A DNA stretch of 56,253 bases from Chiloscyllium plagiosum (Eukaryota): assembly GCF_004010195.1 (NCBI RefSeq), contig NC_057718.1, positions 92,148,541 through 92,204,793 on the forward strand, read 5' to 3'. Of the stretch, positions 11,351-23,712 are shown one piece after another. The number at the start of each line of letters is the position of its first letter. Position 1 is the stretch's first letter. Under the pieces are notes generated by a model. That model made no database searches. It was not told the origin of the DNA and was given only the letters and a program-made list of their open reading frames with translations. The position numbers were made by a program, and so were the translations under genes.

Positions 11351-12039
11351 GAAGGAAGGTTCTGACTGTATAGATTATTATTTAATGTATTAATATATTT
11401 TACTATTAGTATTGAATGTTTAATATTTAATATATTATATTATTTGATATATCATTTAGTTTTATTATGACTGCCAGTGATTGATCAACCCCCAATGCAC
11501 CTCCTTTAAAGTGTCCAGGCCTTGCTTTAGTTGCTTCCAGCTGGCATTGGCACTGACCCACTGCAGATGAGTCCAGCCATAGCCTGAACACTGAGTTCAT
11601 TGGCTTGAGCAGATGACATCAAGTTATTGTAATGCTTGTATTGTGTTTCGCCTGCTTTCAGGTACTATTGCATTTAGCCCCTGCTGCCTCTCTTATCCAT
11701 AGGCTCCCACCTTACTCTGTTGACACTCCCACAACATCATTTTCAAAGGAGTGAAGTCGAGTGGAGGAAAATACTGGGAGAAAAACTGGGCCAGCACTGG
11801 AGTCAGCTGGAAAATCAAACTAACTCCAGGAAACATTCAACCAACAGATTGACAAGATCACAATCAGTGGCACTATGCAGTGTACTACCATTACCTTGTG
11901 TCGGCCTAGTGAATTACTGACACAAGGCTGGACAAAGGGAAAAGGAAAACAACTGCTATCCCTGAGTACAAAGGAGAAGGTCATGAAATTTCAGAATCTC
12001 GGCTATTGTTTTGGATTCATGTGTTAAAACTTAACTATT

Positions 12040-12300
12040 GCTTTACCAGTGGAATTTCAAATAATTCAATATTTCTGGAATACAAAGCTATGAACAGTAA
12101 TGGTGAGCATGACATCTATTGTTGATAGTTAAGGAAAGAAATAAACTGTCTGTACCTGTGTTTCCTAACCCACAGCACTGTGGTTTTCTCTTAAATGCCC
12201 TCTGAAATGGCCTAGCAAGCCTCTCAGTTCAAGGACGCTAGAGATGGACAACAAATGGTTGTATTGCTAACAGTGCTAACATCCCACAAAAGATATGAAG
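12040..12300 (+). mobile_element. MetaSINE-like SINE, degenerate
   Basis: 'cccacagcactgtggttttctcttaaatgccctctgaaatggcctagcaagcc' matches the copy at 22500-22878. Confidence 0.7.
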
Positions 12301-12540
12301 GAAATATCTTGTACAAAATAGCACAATTAAGGGTTTTTTAAAAAATGGAACGAGGTTAGGATTGGAGACAAGTGGACACACAGTCAGACTCTGCTGACTT
12401 CCTGCTGCTATGATCCCAACCCTGACTCACCGATGAATTACCCTGTTGTCATTTGGTAGCCCTGCCATCTTTGATAGTGCCTGTAGAAAAATAGCCTGGG
12501 TGGGGTCGGGGGGGGGGTGGGGGGGGCGGGTGTAATACGG

Positions 12541-12814
12541 AATCATAGTGTGGAAGCAGGCCATTCAGCCCATTGAGTCTGCATGGACCCACTAAAGACC
12601 TTCCCACACAGACCTATCCTCTTATCTCTCTAATCCTCCATGAGCAATCCACCTATCCCACACATCTTTGGACTGTGAGGAAAATGGAACACCCAGAGGA
12701 AACCTACACAGACACGGAGAGAACATGGAAACTCAACATAGACAGTTGCCAAGGGTGGAATCAAACCCAGGTCCCTGGCACTGGGAGATAGCAGCGCTAA
12801 CCGCTGCACCACCA
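12541..12814 (-). mobile_element. HE1-type V-SINE, degenerate
   Basis: Homologous to the other HE1 copies: 'cacatctttggactgtgagg..cacccagaggaaacc..aacccaggtccctggc..gctaacc'. Confidence 0.85.
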
Positions 12815-12816
12815 GG

Positions 12817-15140
12817 GGCTTCATTATGCAGACGGATTGGGAAAATCATGTTGGAAGCAAGTTTCAGGAAAAGGAATTCATGGAATGTCCTCCAGATAGC
12901 TTTTTGGAGCAGCTTGTGGTAGAGCCCACTGGGGAAAGGCAGTTCTGGATTTGGTGAGGTACAATGAGGCAAACTTGATTAGTGAACTGCTGGTGAAGGA
13001 ACAGAATTCACTCTGAATTTCAGAGGGAGAAGCTTGCGTTAAGTGTCGTGGTATTAGAATTGAGTCAAGGTGACTACAGAGATGTGAGGGAGGAGCTGAC
13101 CAGAGTTGATTGGAAGGGGAGCCTAGCAGGGAAGAAGGTGGAGCAGCAATGACAGGAGTTTTGGGAGGTACGGCAGGAATTCATCCCAAGGAAGAAGAAA
13201 CATACTCAGGGGAGGATGAGGCAACCATGGCTGATGAGGGAGGTCAGGGACAGCATAAAAAGCATACAATGTGGTGAAGATTAGTGGGAAGCCAAAGGAT
13301 TGGGAATATCAACAGAGGACAACATTAAAAGCAATAAATGAAATATGAGAGTAAACAAGCTCGTAATATAAAAGAAGAATGCAAAAGTGTTTTTTTTTAG
13401 ATTCTAAAAAGGTAAGGGAGAGCGTGAGTGGCCAGAGGACCACTGGAAAATGAGGCTGGAGAAGGAACAATGGGAAACAAAGAAATGGTTGAGCAGCTGA
13501 ATTGGTACTTTGCATCAGTCTTCACTGTGAGAGACACCAGCAGTGTACGAGAACTTCAAAATAGTCAGGAGGAAGTTGCATATTCCTTGGCCATCACTAA
13601 GGAGGAGGTACAGGGGAAGCTGAAAGGTCTGAAGTTGGATAAATCAGAAGAGGTGGATTACATACCAGGACTCTGTGAGAGATAGCTGAAGAGATTGTAG
13701 AGGCAATGATGGTGATCTTTCAAGAATCACTGAGGTCAGAGAGGGTAACAGAGGACTGAAAAATGGCTAATGTGACACCCCTTTTAAGAGGCAGAAGACA
13801 GGAAACTGTAGGTTGGTTGGCCTGACCTCGGTCATTGGTAAGATTTTAGAATCTATTATTAATGATGAGATTGCTGGGCATTTGGAAGTGCATGGTAAAA
13901 TAGGCATGGGTCAGCACAGCTTCATCAAAGGGAGGTCTTGCGTGACAAATCTGTTGGAAGTCTTTGAGGACGTAACAAACAAGTTAGACAAAGGAGAGCC
14001 AATGGATGTGATCTATTTGGATTTCCAGAAAGCCTTTGACAGGGTGCCACACGGGAGGTTTTTAAATAAGGTAAGGGTTAGGGGCAAGATACTGACATGG
14101 ATAGAGGATTGGCTGACTGACAGAAGGCAGAGAGTGGGGATAAAAGGGTCTTTTTCAGGATGGTAGCTAGTGGAGTTCTACAAGGGTCAGTTTTGAGACC
14201 ACAGTTATTCATGTTATATATTAATGACCTGGACAAAGGAACTGAGGACATTATTATTAAGATTGCAGATGACACAAAGGCGGATGGAGGGACAGGTAGT
14301 GCTCAGGAAGTGGGGAGTCCGGAGAAGGACTTGGACAGACTGGGACAGTGGGGAAAGTGGCAGATGGAATACAGTGTGGGAAAGTGTGAGGTTATGCACT
14401 TTGGCAGGAAGTATAGAGACGTTGATTATTTTCTAAATGGGGAAAGGTTCCAGAAGTCTAAAGCACAAAGGGACTTGGGAGTCTTAGTTCAGGATTTGTT
14501 TAAAGTAAATAGCCATGTTCAGTTGGCAGTTAGGAAGGCAAATGCAGTGTTAGCATTCATTTTGAGAGGTCTAGAATACAAGAGCAGAGATGTACTACTA
14601 AGGCTGTGCTCAGACAGCATTTGGAATATTGTGAGCAGTTTTGGGACCCATATCTAAGGAAGACGTGCCGATCTTGAAAGGAGTTCAGAGGAGATTTACA
14701 GGAATGACTCCAGAGATGAAGAGCTTGTCATATGAGGAGCAGTTGAGGACTCTTGTCTGTACTCGATGAAGTTTAGAAGGATGAAGGGGATCTGACTGAA
14801 ACTTACAGAATGCTGAGAGGCCTGGATAGAGTTGATATGGAAAAGATGTTTCCATTAGTAGGTGAGACTAGGACCCACAGAGTCTCAAAGTGAAGAGATA
14901 ATCCTTTAGAACTGAGATGAGGAGAAATTTCTTCAGCTAGAGTGCCTAATCTGTGGCACTTGATGCTACAGAGGGCTGTTGAGGCCAGTTCTGGATAGTT
15001 CTTGATTGGTAAAGAGATCAAGGGTTATGGGGAGAAGACAGGAGAATGGTGTTGAGAAACCTATCAGCAATAATTGAATAGTGGAGCAAACTTGATGGGC
15101 CAAATGGCCTAATTCTGGTCCTATATGTTATGGTATTTTG
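12817..15140 (+). mobile_element. CR1 LINE, about 2.3 kb, with disrupted ORF2 (end of APE endonuclease, RT, 3' UTR)
   Basis: Successive frames 13428..13685, 13813..14166 ('VIYLDFQKAFDRVPH') and 14160..14657 ('SGVLQGSVL..YINDLD..IADDTK'); many stops and frameshifts. Confidence 0.95.
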
Positions 15141-15374
15141 GATTCAGGTGAGGTTGTATGATAACCTGATAGTTACATCTCATTTGTACTGATTATTTTT
15201 TATTTCAGATTTAGTTAGTTTAGACATCTCAACTTCCACAGAGAGATTTGAATTGATGATTTGAATTGATCATTAGTCCAGTGCTCTGGACTATTGCTAG
15301 ACACTTCATGAAATTTTAATTGTCCTAAAATCTGAAGCATTTGTTGCTAATTTTTAAAATAAATCACAATGCTT

Positions 15375-15498
15375 TCCAGCAGTTGCTGGAAACTTGAAGT
15401 AAAAACAGAAAATGCTGGAGAAAATCAGCAGATCAGGCAGCATCTGTGGAGAGATGCTGTCAGACCTGCTGAGTTTCTCCAGCACATTCTGTCTTTTT
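15375..15498. mobile_element. Centre-deleted palindromic pLTR-derived element
   Basis: Arms 15401-15445 and 15452-15498 are imperfect reverse complements around a 6-nt loop; same family as 2504-2740. Confidence 0.75.
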
Positions 15499-18279
15499 AT
15501 TATAGCTATTTTTAAATTATGATTAAGTAAAAGCACAAGAATAAAGTAATTCATTTAGGTTTTATTATTTATGTCCTCAATAGTTGAATCATTGTGTGAG
15601 ACAGTGAATTTAATATACTTTAATTAAGTTGGTTATGTTAGTTGCTTGTGTACTGTGCAGATGTGTAGAATAAATTTAAAGATCCACATCCTTTCATTTT
15701 GTTTGCTGCTTTCTTGAGTCTTGTTGACCTAGGTATACTGAAAAGAAATATGTAAGGCTTTAAGTGCAGTGTGACTGACAAATACATTTTTTGTGTGTGC
15801 CATGAATAGAGATAAAATTAGAAAGTCTCATGTGGGGAAAACAATTTCACACCCCATTCCTTTGGTAATGCCGTGTTTGAATCCTTTTGAAAGAAAGAAG
15901 GCTTTTGTTTAAGTTTTGGAGACTAAAAGGTTTAACTTTCTTACCCTTGTCAAATTAATCATCAGATTGGAAAAGACAGCAGCTTCCTGCCATGTTTTGT
16001 ACATTACTGGGAAGGTAAATAATGGAACATTTCAGGTGGTTCTTTCTATGCACTGAGGTACGCAGGCTTCACTAATAGCCAGAGGATGTATTAAGTAGCA
16101 TTGGCTTTTGCTCACTGCCAGCCAATGCCCAGGGACAATCAAACCCATAAGGGCCCTTTTCTGCATGAGCTAACTTTTTCCTTCCTTATGTCTTGAAGCC
16201 TTTGTTGACAATGACATCCTCAGTGGGAACATCAAATTAACACTTCATATTCACAGCTTTACATTCACTGCTAGGCTGAGGAAAGTCAAGGCAAACAAAG
16301 ACTCCCATCATTTCTGCTTCATTTAATTGCTAAATGGAGTGGGATGGTGGTTGGATGGGGGAGTGGGGTGGGGATACTATACTCACCTGTAAAAAAGAGA
16401 GGTTAGAGCAGTCTGCGTCAAATTTTAATCAAGGCTTAAATTTGACCTTAAATCCAATCATATCACATTGCAGCTTGCTACTGAAGGGGTGAAACATCAG
16501 CATGTACGAAATAAACAGGAGCGTTGCTACTTTAGTTCTGAAGCTTTTATTTTTCATGTTGCTGTTTAAAAATAAACTATTGCGACTGATCTGGCTTGCG
16601 TTAGGATTAATAGCAGTAGCATCTTCATGACTGTGTCAGCCAAACAGATTTCAGCAGCAGCCATTAACCCTGTGTGAATGGGTGAAAGATACTGTTTATG
16701 TCATGCCAACTTTCTTGCAAGTTCAAAAAACCTTTAGGCAGTGCGCAAGGTATGGTGGTATGGTTTAAAACAACCTGTGTGAATTGAGTTGAATGCTGGC
16801 AAAGGGTACAGGGACAGCAACAGCAAGGAAATTTTCTTTTCCGGGGAGGGGGGGAGGTCATTTCGTGCCTCGTTGGAAAGGAGCAAAAGTGTGTAATCCC
16901 TTGTAAAAACTGGCCTCTTCAGAGTGGTATAAAAACTGGAATGTTCAGCTGGTTCAGTGGATTAGGGGGAATTCATATTAACAGCGAAGGTTGGGAGGGT
17001 TTTTGGGAGAAGGGGAGGGGGGATGGGCAGTGTGGTTGTTGGTGGTATTAGAGACAAAGTAGCAGTAGTCAGACAGTGTTGTATTGAAATCAGCCTACCA
17101 GGTGGTCTCAGTGCTAGACAGAGTGAAAGGCTGTGGGGGCTGCTTGTTGGTTGTGGTAGAGACTGGCAGAAAGCATTTCCATGTGGGGCTTGGGGGCCAG
17201 GGGATGTGCTGGTGGTGGTGGCAATGATGCAGCTATAGCGAGCTTCGGGAAATGCCTGTCAGGCTTGGCTGGCCACAATCACAGCAGTGATTAAGCCTCT
17301 TTTGATCACACATTTAGTTCTCTGTTTATCAGAATTGGGGGTGGGGAAGCATATTAATGTCTTGCACTGGGCTGACATAATTTCCCAGTGGGTCAAGGGG
17401 TCAGGTTTGTATTTAGTTAGCAGTAATGATCTCGTTAGGGATCTGAATGGACCACCGTCCAAGCTCATTCAACAGAATGAGCGTGCCTTCCCTCCCACCC
17501 CTCCACCCTCCCCCCACACTTCCCTGTGTGGGCCTACACAAGACATGAACTGTGATTAATGGACTTCCAGGGCTTAATAACTTGCAAAACAGAATTAAAC
17601 AAGAGGGGGTGAGGACAATTGGGAGTGAGACACAGGAGGGGCAGGAGGTTGTTGTAAACAGTGCTAACACAATCACAGCGCATAAGATTAAGGAAGATGG
17701 TTGCATACAATGGCACAGCTGGCAACTGGCAGGGAGCCAGGCCTGGGAGAAAGCTGCATTGCTGCTTCCAGGTGGCCGACTCAAGTTAGGCCTTTCAATG
17801 TTTGTGGTGGGTTTAAAAGAAGAGAGAAAGGGCTGTGCTTACACAGCCACAACAACTGAGAGGAAGCCATTGAGAAGGGGAAAAGAGATTAAATGGCCGA
17901 GAAAATAAAGAGGGAGGAACAGGAGAGGGAAAGAGATAAGCTTCAAATGTGAAACACATCATTTAGGAAGAACAAGTAACCCTTGACATGCAAGCTTCAA
18001 TTTCCATACTCTTGCCTCAAAATTCACAGGAATTTTAATTGTTGCATGGTAATAATGGTAACGGTGTTTATTAGCACCTCGGATATGCAAATTAGCAGCT
18101 ATTGCAGGTATCTCTAAAATATAATCAGAAGAGCAAAATAGAAAATGTTATATCCATGCCCAATTTTATCTTTCAACCAAGTCCAATAGAGAAAAATATT
18201 TACCCATCGGAAATAATCATTTTTATCAGTGTCAGCAATTCAGGAAGCAATGATATGAATTAATGTGAACTAATTTCAG

Positions 18280-18572
18280 AAATAGAATTATAGAATGACA
18301 CAGTGCAGAAGAGGCCCTTCTGTCCATTGATTCTGCACCGACGAAAGCTGCACTAAATCTGCACTTGTCCCATTTTCCAGCTCTTGGCCCATAGTCTTGC
18401 ATGTTACAGCACTTCAAGGATTCATCCAAGTTCTTTTTTAAAATTGTGAGACTCCAGCCTTAACTACCCTCCCAGACAGTCCATTCCAGATTCAAACCAC
18501 TCTGTGTATGTGAAAAAAAGATTTTTTCAAATCCTCTAAACTTGCTGTCCTTCACCTTAAAATTATGTCTCT
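18280..18572 (-). mobile_element. CR1 LINE 3' end, degenerate
   Basis: 'atagaattatagaatgacacagtgcagaagaggcccttc..ggcccatagtcttgcatg..caccttaaaattatg'. Confidence 0.75.
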
Positions 18573-19169
18573 TCTAGTCGTTTGTGAAACACAAAGCAGC
18601 CTAATATTGTATCTGGTGTATATATAAGATGCCAATAATATATATATGGTGACAAAAGGGTTTAGAAAAGAAAGGCATATCCCTTCTGAAGTATGAGCTG
18701 GCATAGTAGTCCCTAAATTTCTAATAGTGCTTCAGAGGAAATATTTAAACTGCTTACTGCTGAATATATTTTTACATCAGAATGATCAAAGCAAAACATA
18801 AAAGTTAAAACACTGAAGATACTGCAAGTATACAGCAGGTAAGTCAATTCCTGAAAATTTGGCTGGATTAATGTTTTACAAAGAATGATGCTAAATTAAA
18901 GGCACTGTTAATTCTCGCCTCTTATATATTTGCGCAGGAGTGTGATGGGGGGGGGAGGGGATTGCCGATTATATCAGCGCCCCCTGTGTTTCAGTATATC
19001 CATGTTTACTGCAGACATTCAGTGGGGTTTTGTATGTGGTGGAATCTTTGCCCCTAATTTGCATAGCTAGCAGGATAAGAGGGTCTGAATCTCCCTTTGC
19101 CAGCAGTTCCTGCAATTTTCGCCTCTTAGTTGGTGGATGCATGCTTGGGACCAGTTTGCCCAGAGAGAC

Positions 19170-19690
19170 CAGAATTGAAATGTAGAGGAGTTTCTGTATT
19201 AAATCCGGTGGGACTGCAACCAGGGTGCTCTGTGCGGTTTTGTTCACGATATTACAAAAACAACATGGAGGCATTGGAAAGACTGCAGAGAAGTTTACAA
19301 AGTTGGCACCTGAAAAGTAGAGGGACACATATATATATATCCGATATAGCTTAACAGGCTTAACTCTTTTCCCTTGAAAAATGAAGAAAGACTGTTTACG
19401 ATATAGATGGCCTTAAGATTATGAAAAGTTTTGATTGTGTGGATAAAGAGACAATGTTTCCTTCTGTGGAGAAGAGCATACTGGAGGCAATGTATATTAA
19501 AATAGTCACCAAGACCTTCTTGAACAAAGTGGTGAGAATGAGGAACCTCTGGTCAAAGTGTTTAAGGGGAATCTAGATAAGGGATTACATAGTTATGAAG
19601 GGAGATTTAGTTGGGAGAAGGTTTTGGCAGAGCATAAACACTAACGTGAACTGCGTGGCTGTATGGCCTGTTTGTGTGCTATTGTCCTAT
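19170..19690 (+). mobile_element. Old CR1 LINE 3' fragment
   Basis: 'CSVRFCSRYYKNNMEALERLQR' resembles CR1 'CVQFWSPHY.KD..ALERVQR'. Confidence 0.7.
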
Positions 19691-20289
19691 GCATGCCAGG
19701 TTGCCAAACTGTGCAAATGGGCCCCACACAAGTCTTGTTAGCAGCCCATTCCACACTGACTAATGTTGCAGTCCATATGCTAAGTACTTCAGCAAGGGAG
19801 CTGTCAACAGTAGCAACTACGGAAATGATTTTTGTTTCCTTTTCCAGCCATGCATGTCTTAAACCCAGTGTAGTATTCCTATTATTATGAACTATCTCTT
19901 CTTTCGTCTGTCTCATTCATGGAGGCTAATAAATCATAGGCACCACAACCGGATATAACTTGTTCTCCCTGTGGAAATTAAAGTATTTTCAAAGCGAAAA
20001 CATCATCAAAATATCATCGCAGGGTTAGGATACACTCGTGTTCTGTGGCATGTTCCAATTTTTGTTCCACTATTGTAGAAAATGATTGAGGATAAAATGA
20101 AGCTTTCTAATAACTAATGTTATATAGTCTCAGTAGCTAATAAATGCACATTAGAATTATGGTGTAGTATTGTCCAAGTGGTTGAGTTTAGGCAACTATA
20201 CAATCCACACTTGCTTCCAGTTCAATTTCTCCTGTATTGAATTAGCAATCTCAGCTGTAAGGTAGTGCAGGCACTATAATGAAGAAAGT

Positions 20290-20440
20290 CTTCTTTTATA
20301 TAACACTATACAAGCCCTCAGAATATTCCAAAACATATTAAAGCCAACGAATGACTCTCTGCAAAAGCGTCTCTTCAGCTTTTGTGAGAAACCATGGTGA
20401 CTATTTTACACACAATGCTGTCCCACCAACAGCTGTAAGG
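20290..20440 (-). mobile_element. DeuSINE 3' fragment
   Basis: Reverse complement resembles the Deu-domain end and tail seen at 540-642 and 25860-26010. Confidence 0.5.
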
Positions 20441-20944
20441 TGGAGTGCTAGTTTAGATTTATGTCCATTTCCTGATCTGATTTGGATGCTGCACACAGAG
20501 TGTGTGCCTCGATCCAGTGGCCCCAGCTAGACTTGAAATTGTGCCATGTTGATATTATCAGTGTATTTGTTGTGGTTCCGTTTTCAGCAACTGAATAATG
20601 TTCTGCTTTCCTTGCTGGTAGTAATCTTGAGGTGAATCATAGGAGGAGGAATAAGAGTGATACTTGTTTTGAAAGTGTTCTTAGAAAGAAAACATACTTT
20701 AGTTGGGAGTTGTGGAAGAATCCTGTTGAGTTTTGACTCCATGGATATTCCCATATTCAGTCAGTTTTCCAAAGGGAGCCTAATCCAGGTGTCAACCCCT
20801 TCATTTTCACACATATAGGACCTAATGCTTGCTTTAGGTTCTGACCACAGAAATGAACTGAACCACTATCTTAAAGCTAATACAACATAGTCCCATTTCT
20901 AATTCTAATTCTTTTTAGTACTATTTATAGATTTTATAGACTAT

Positions 20945-21150
20945 TGGTTAAGGGAGGGATGTTGATCAGGATAATTTGACATTTCATTCCCCATCTTTGA
21001 TTGAACTGCAGTTTTCCATGCCATTTGTACAACAGTAGTGTCAAGGTTGCACTCCCTCTGCACTGCCCCAAGAGGTCAACCTTCATCAAGGGTCGTACAC
21101 TCAGGTCCCAAAATGGTTGTGAGCCTACAACTTTATGACTCTGAATAGCT
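20945..21150 (-). mobile_element. DeuSINE 5' fragment, highly degenerate
   Basis: 'gcactccctctgcactgc..tgagcctacaactttatgactctga' resembles the antisense head of the family. Confidence 0.4.
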
Positions 21151-21429
21151 ATCTTCTAACATGGCCTCAAAAAGATTTCTGCTCCTCAGCAATGCTACTT
21201 AAATTGGATAGGAACAAGTCTAGGTTCAGAATTGATGCCTTGTCCCTCCATGAATAATGTCCAAACTGTCGACACTCATTCAGAGTACTAATGAGGTATG
21301 AGGCAGCACTTGGCATCAGTGGAGTCTTCACCTATCAGGAGATGAGGAGAGAAAGGTGGAGAAGTTGACAAGAGGTCAGAAATCTTGATGTTCAACTCTG
21401 TCCAGTGACTTCTTGCTTCCTTCTCATGT

Positions 21430-21580
21430 TCAAAATAATGCTGTGGGATCTTTGAAGTCCAGCAGTGAGGGCAGATGGGCTTTGGCTTAAGGTCTCGTCT
21501 AAAAAACAGCAACTCGTACATTGTAGCACTTCCTCAGTATTCCTCAGTGTTAGCCTTGGTTTTTTAACTCAAAGCATGGT
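21430..21580 (-). mobile_element. DeuSINE fragment
   Basis: 'aataatgctgtgggatctttgaagtcca..gagggcagatggg..ggcttaaggtctcgtc..gcacttcctcagta' is antisense to the start of the Deu domain at 432-470. Confidence 0.65.
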
Positions 21581-22499
21581 GAATCCCACTGCCTCGCCTT
21601 GCACCCCTCAGCTGCACACAGGCTTGATCAACAGAACAGGACAAATGCACAATTGAACTGCTGTATCGAATAAGTGTGAGTAATTCTAATAATTGTTATC
21701 AAGTCAACTCTTTAAGTAATACTGCAATGGGAGCTTATGATTTAGTTTCAGCCAAAAGAGGAGCTCATGACCTTCAACTACAAGGGTTCCTGATATGAAC
21801 AGATATACTCCAGGGATGACTTTACCATGAATTAGGTATATTCTCATTTAATCCAGAGACTAATTGTTAAAAGTGGCCAAATGAATAAAAAAAGGCATTT
21901 CTCTCCCTGTCCCTTGCAGAACTGTTTCCATATTTGCATGGCGATTTGTACCATCAACACACTGCGGCAGAGATGGTCTTCTATTCCTGCAATCTAGTTA
22001 GCTGTCAGGGAGCAATCAAAATTCATTCTCACCCGTTGGTAACAGATGGGTTTGAATAATGTGCAGTTCAAGCTGTACTCCTGCCATCTGTTTTGGAAGC
22101 TGATACTTTACACTTGATAGAGTTAATTGATGAATTTTGACATGTTTGCCAACAAAAAAGTTGTGTTCAATTCATGACTGGTACAAATTACAAATAAAGA
22201 TAACCTTTACTAGACCATCATGCTAGGAACCATTTAGTGAAGCCTTAAACTGCACAGTAGTCACCCTTGGAAGGAAAGGATGGTTGTCTTAATGCATTCA
22301 AGTTGTTTTATTGTTCTTCAAATTTGTCCCTTCACCTCAATTTTCACAGAACCTTATATTTTTACTGTGCCAGTCTTTCCATATGTGCTGTCTGCCAGCA
22401 AAGCCTGAGAGATTTTCCTTAACTTGTAGTCCAAGGCAGAGTTGCAGTGGGTTATTTGATTAGGAAGGGACCACAACACAAATCAAAAAAGGATTGTGA

Positions 22500-22878
22500 T
22501 CTTGTAGTAATGAACTAGTAATCAAAAACCGAGGTGGATACACAGGAGGGCACAGGTTCAAATCCCACCATGGAAGCTGGTGGAATTTGAATCCAATTAA
22601 TAAAATCTAGAATGAAAGCTTGTCTCAGCAATGTGATATCGAATGATCGGTAATTATTGGAAAAAGCCACCAGGTTCACAAATGTTGTTACAGAAAGAAA
22701 TCTGTCATCCTTACCTGGTCAGGTCTACATACGATTTCAGATCTACATTAATGTGGTTAACTCTTACGTTCCCTCTGAATTGGCCTAGCAAACCATTCAG
22801 TTCAAAGGTGATTAGGCATGAGTGCAAAGTGCAGCCTTCCCAACAATGTCCCCAATCCTTGGAAGAATGAAAAATAAA
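22500..22878 (+). mobile_element. MetaSINE-like SINE
   Basis: B-box 'ggttcaaatccc'; central domain 'gaaatctgtcatccttacctggtc..atgtggttaactctta'; LINE-like tail. Confidence 0.75.
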
Positions 22879-23372
22879 TTCCTGTCCTTACTCAATGTGC
22901 ACTCACACGCACCCATGTTTCACCAAGGATCACCATAAAGCAATCCCCTTTCTTAACCCAATCAAGGTCAATTACAGCATCTCTATTGTCACCCATTGAT
23001 ATCGGTTAGTTAAAAATTAAACACGACACCTTCCTGTTTTGTATGAATATAGCTGCAGCAAACTAAATGATCGTGGGTGAGGAACTGTCTGGAGTGCTGT
23101 GCTTAGATTGCATCTTGTATTAAAGAGGTAATAATATTAATGAAGGCATTGAGTAGATGTCACTCAAAGTGAAAAGATGGGGTTTTGATTTTTTAACAGG
23201 TGTTAATTTGACTTTGATGCAGAAAGATGCTTGTTACTTGAACGCTTGCCTGAATTGTGGAATAAGTTACACAGAATAATTTGTTATTAAAATTTTAGCG
23301 ATCTTTCACACTTTAAAATAGCTTTAATTTGATTTATTTTTTCAGATATTTTTCATTTATTTATTTAAAAGG

Positions 23373-23545
23373 AAAGGTGAAGTCACCATAGGACTAACAG
23401 GAGAAGTGACTGGGAAGGCAAGGGGAGAGGTTGAAAAGGCAAGCCCTTCATGGTAATCTCAGCCAACATAAGAATTGAACCCATGCTGGTTAGTGTTATT
23501 CTGCATTGTAAAGCAGCCATCCAGTCAACTGGGCTAACCAACCTT
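23373..23545 (-). mobile_element. tRNA-derived SINE (same family as 4399-4600)
   Basis: Minus strand begins 'ggttggttagcccagttgactggatggctg..tgcaga..cagcatgggttcaattc'. Confidence 0.65.
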
Positions 23546-23712
23546 CTATTTATGCTTATGTATCATTTATTAATTAGCTATTTATATATCATAATTATGA
23601 ACCCACACTGTTGGTGTCACTGCATTGTAAAGCAGCCAACTGTGCTAACCAGCCCCCTGTTTATGGTTATGTATCATTTATTATTTAGCTATTTATTTAC
23701 ATATCATAATTA
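23476..23712. repeat. Diverged tandem duplication, unit about 120 bp
   Basis: Units 23476-23597 and 23598-23712 share 'tgaaccca..ctgcattgtaaagcagcca..gctaacca..ttatgtatcatttatta.ttagctatttat..atatcataatta'. Confidence 0.9.

Noticed and set aside
12497..12531. G-tracts with quadruplex potential (also about 45663-45700 and poly-C at 48261-48278)
   Set aside because: Simple low-complexity runs with no supporting context
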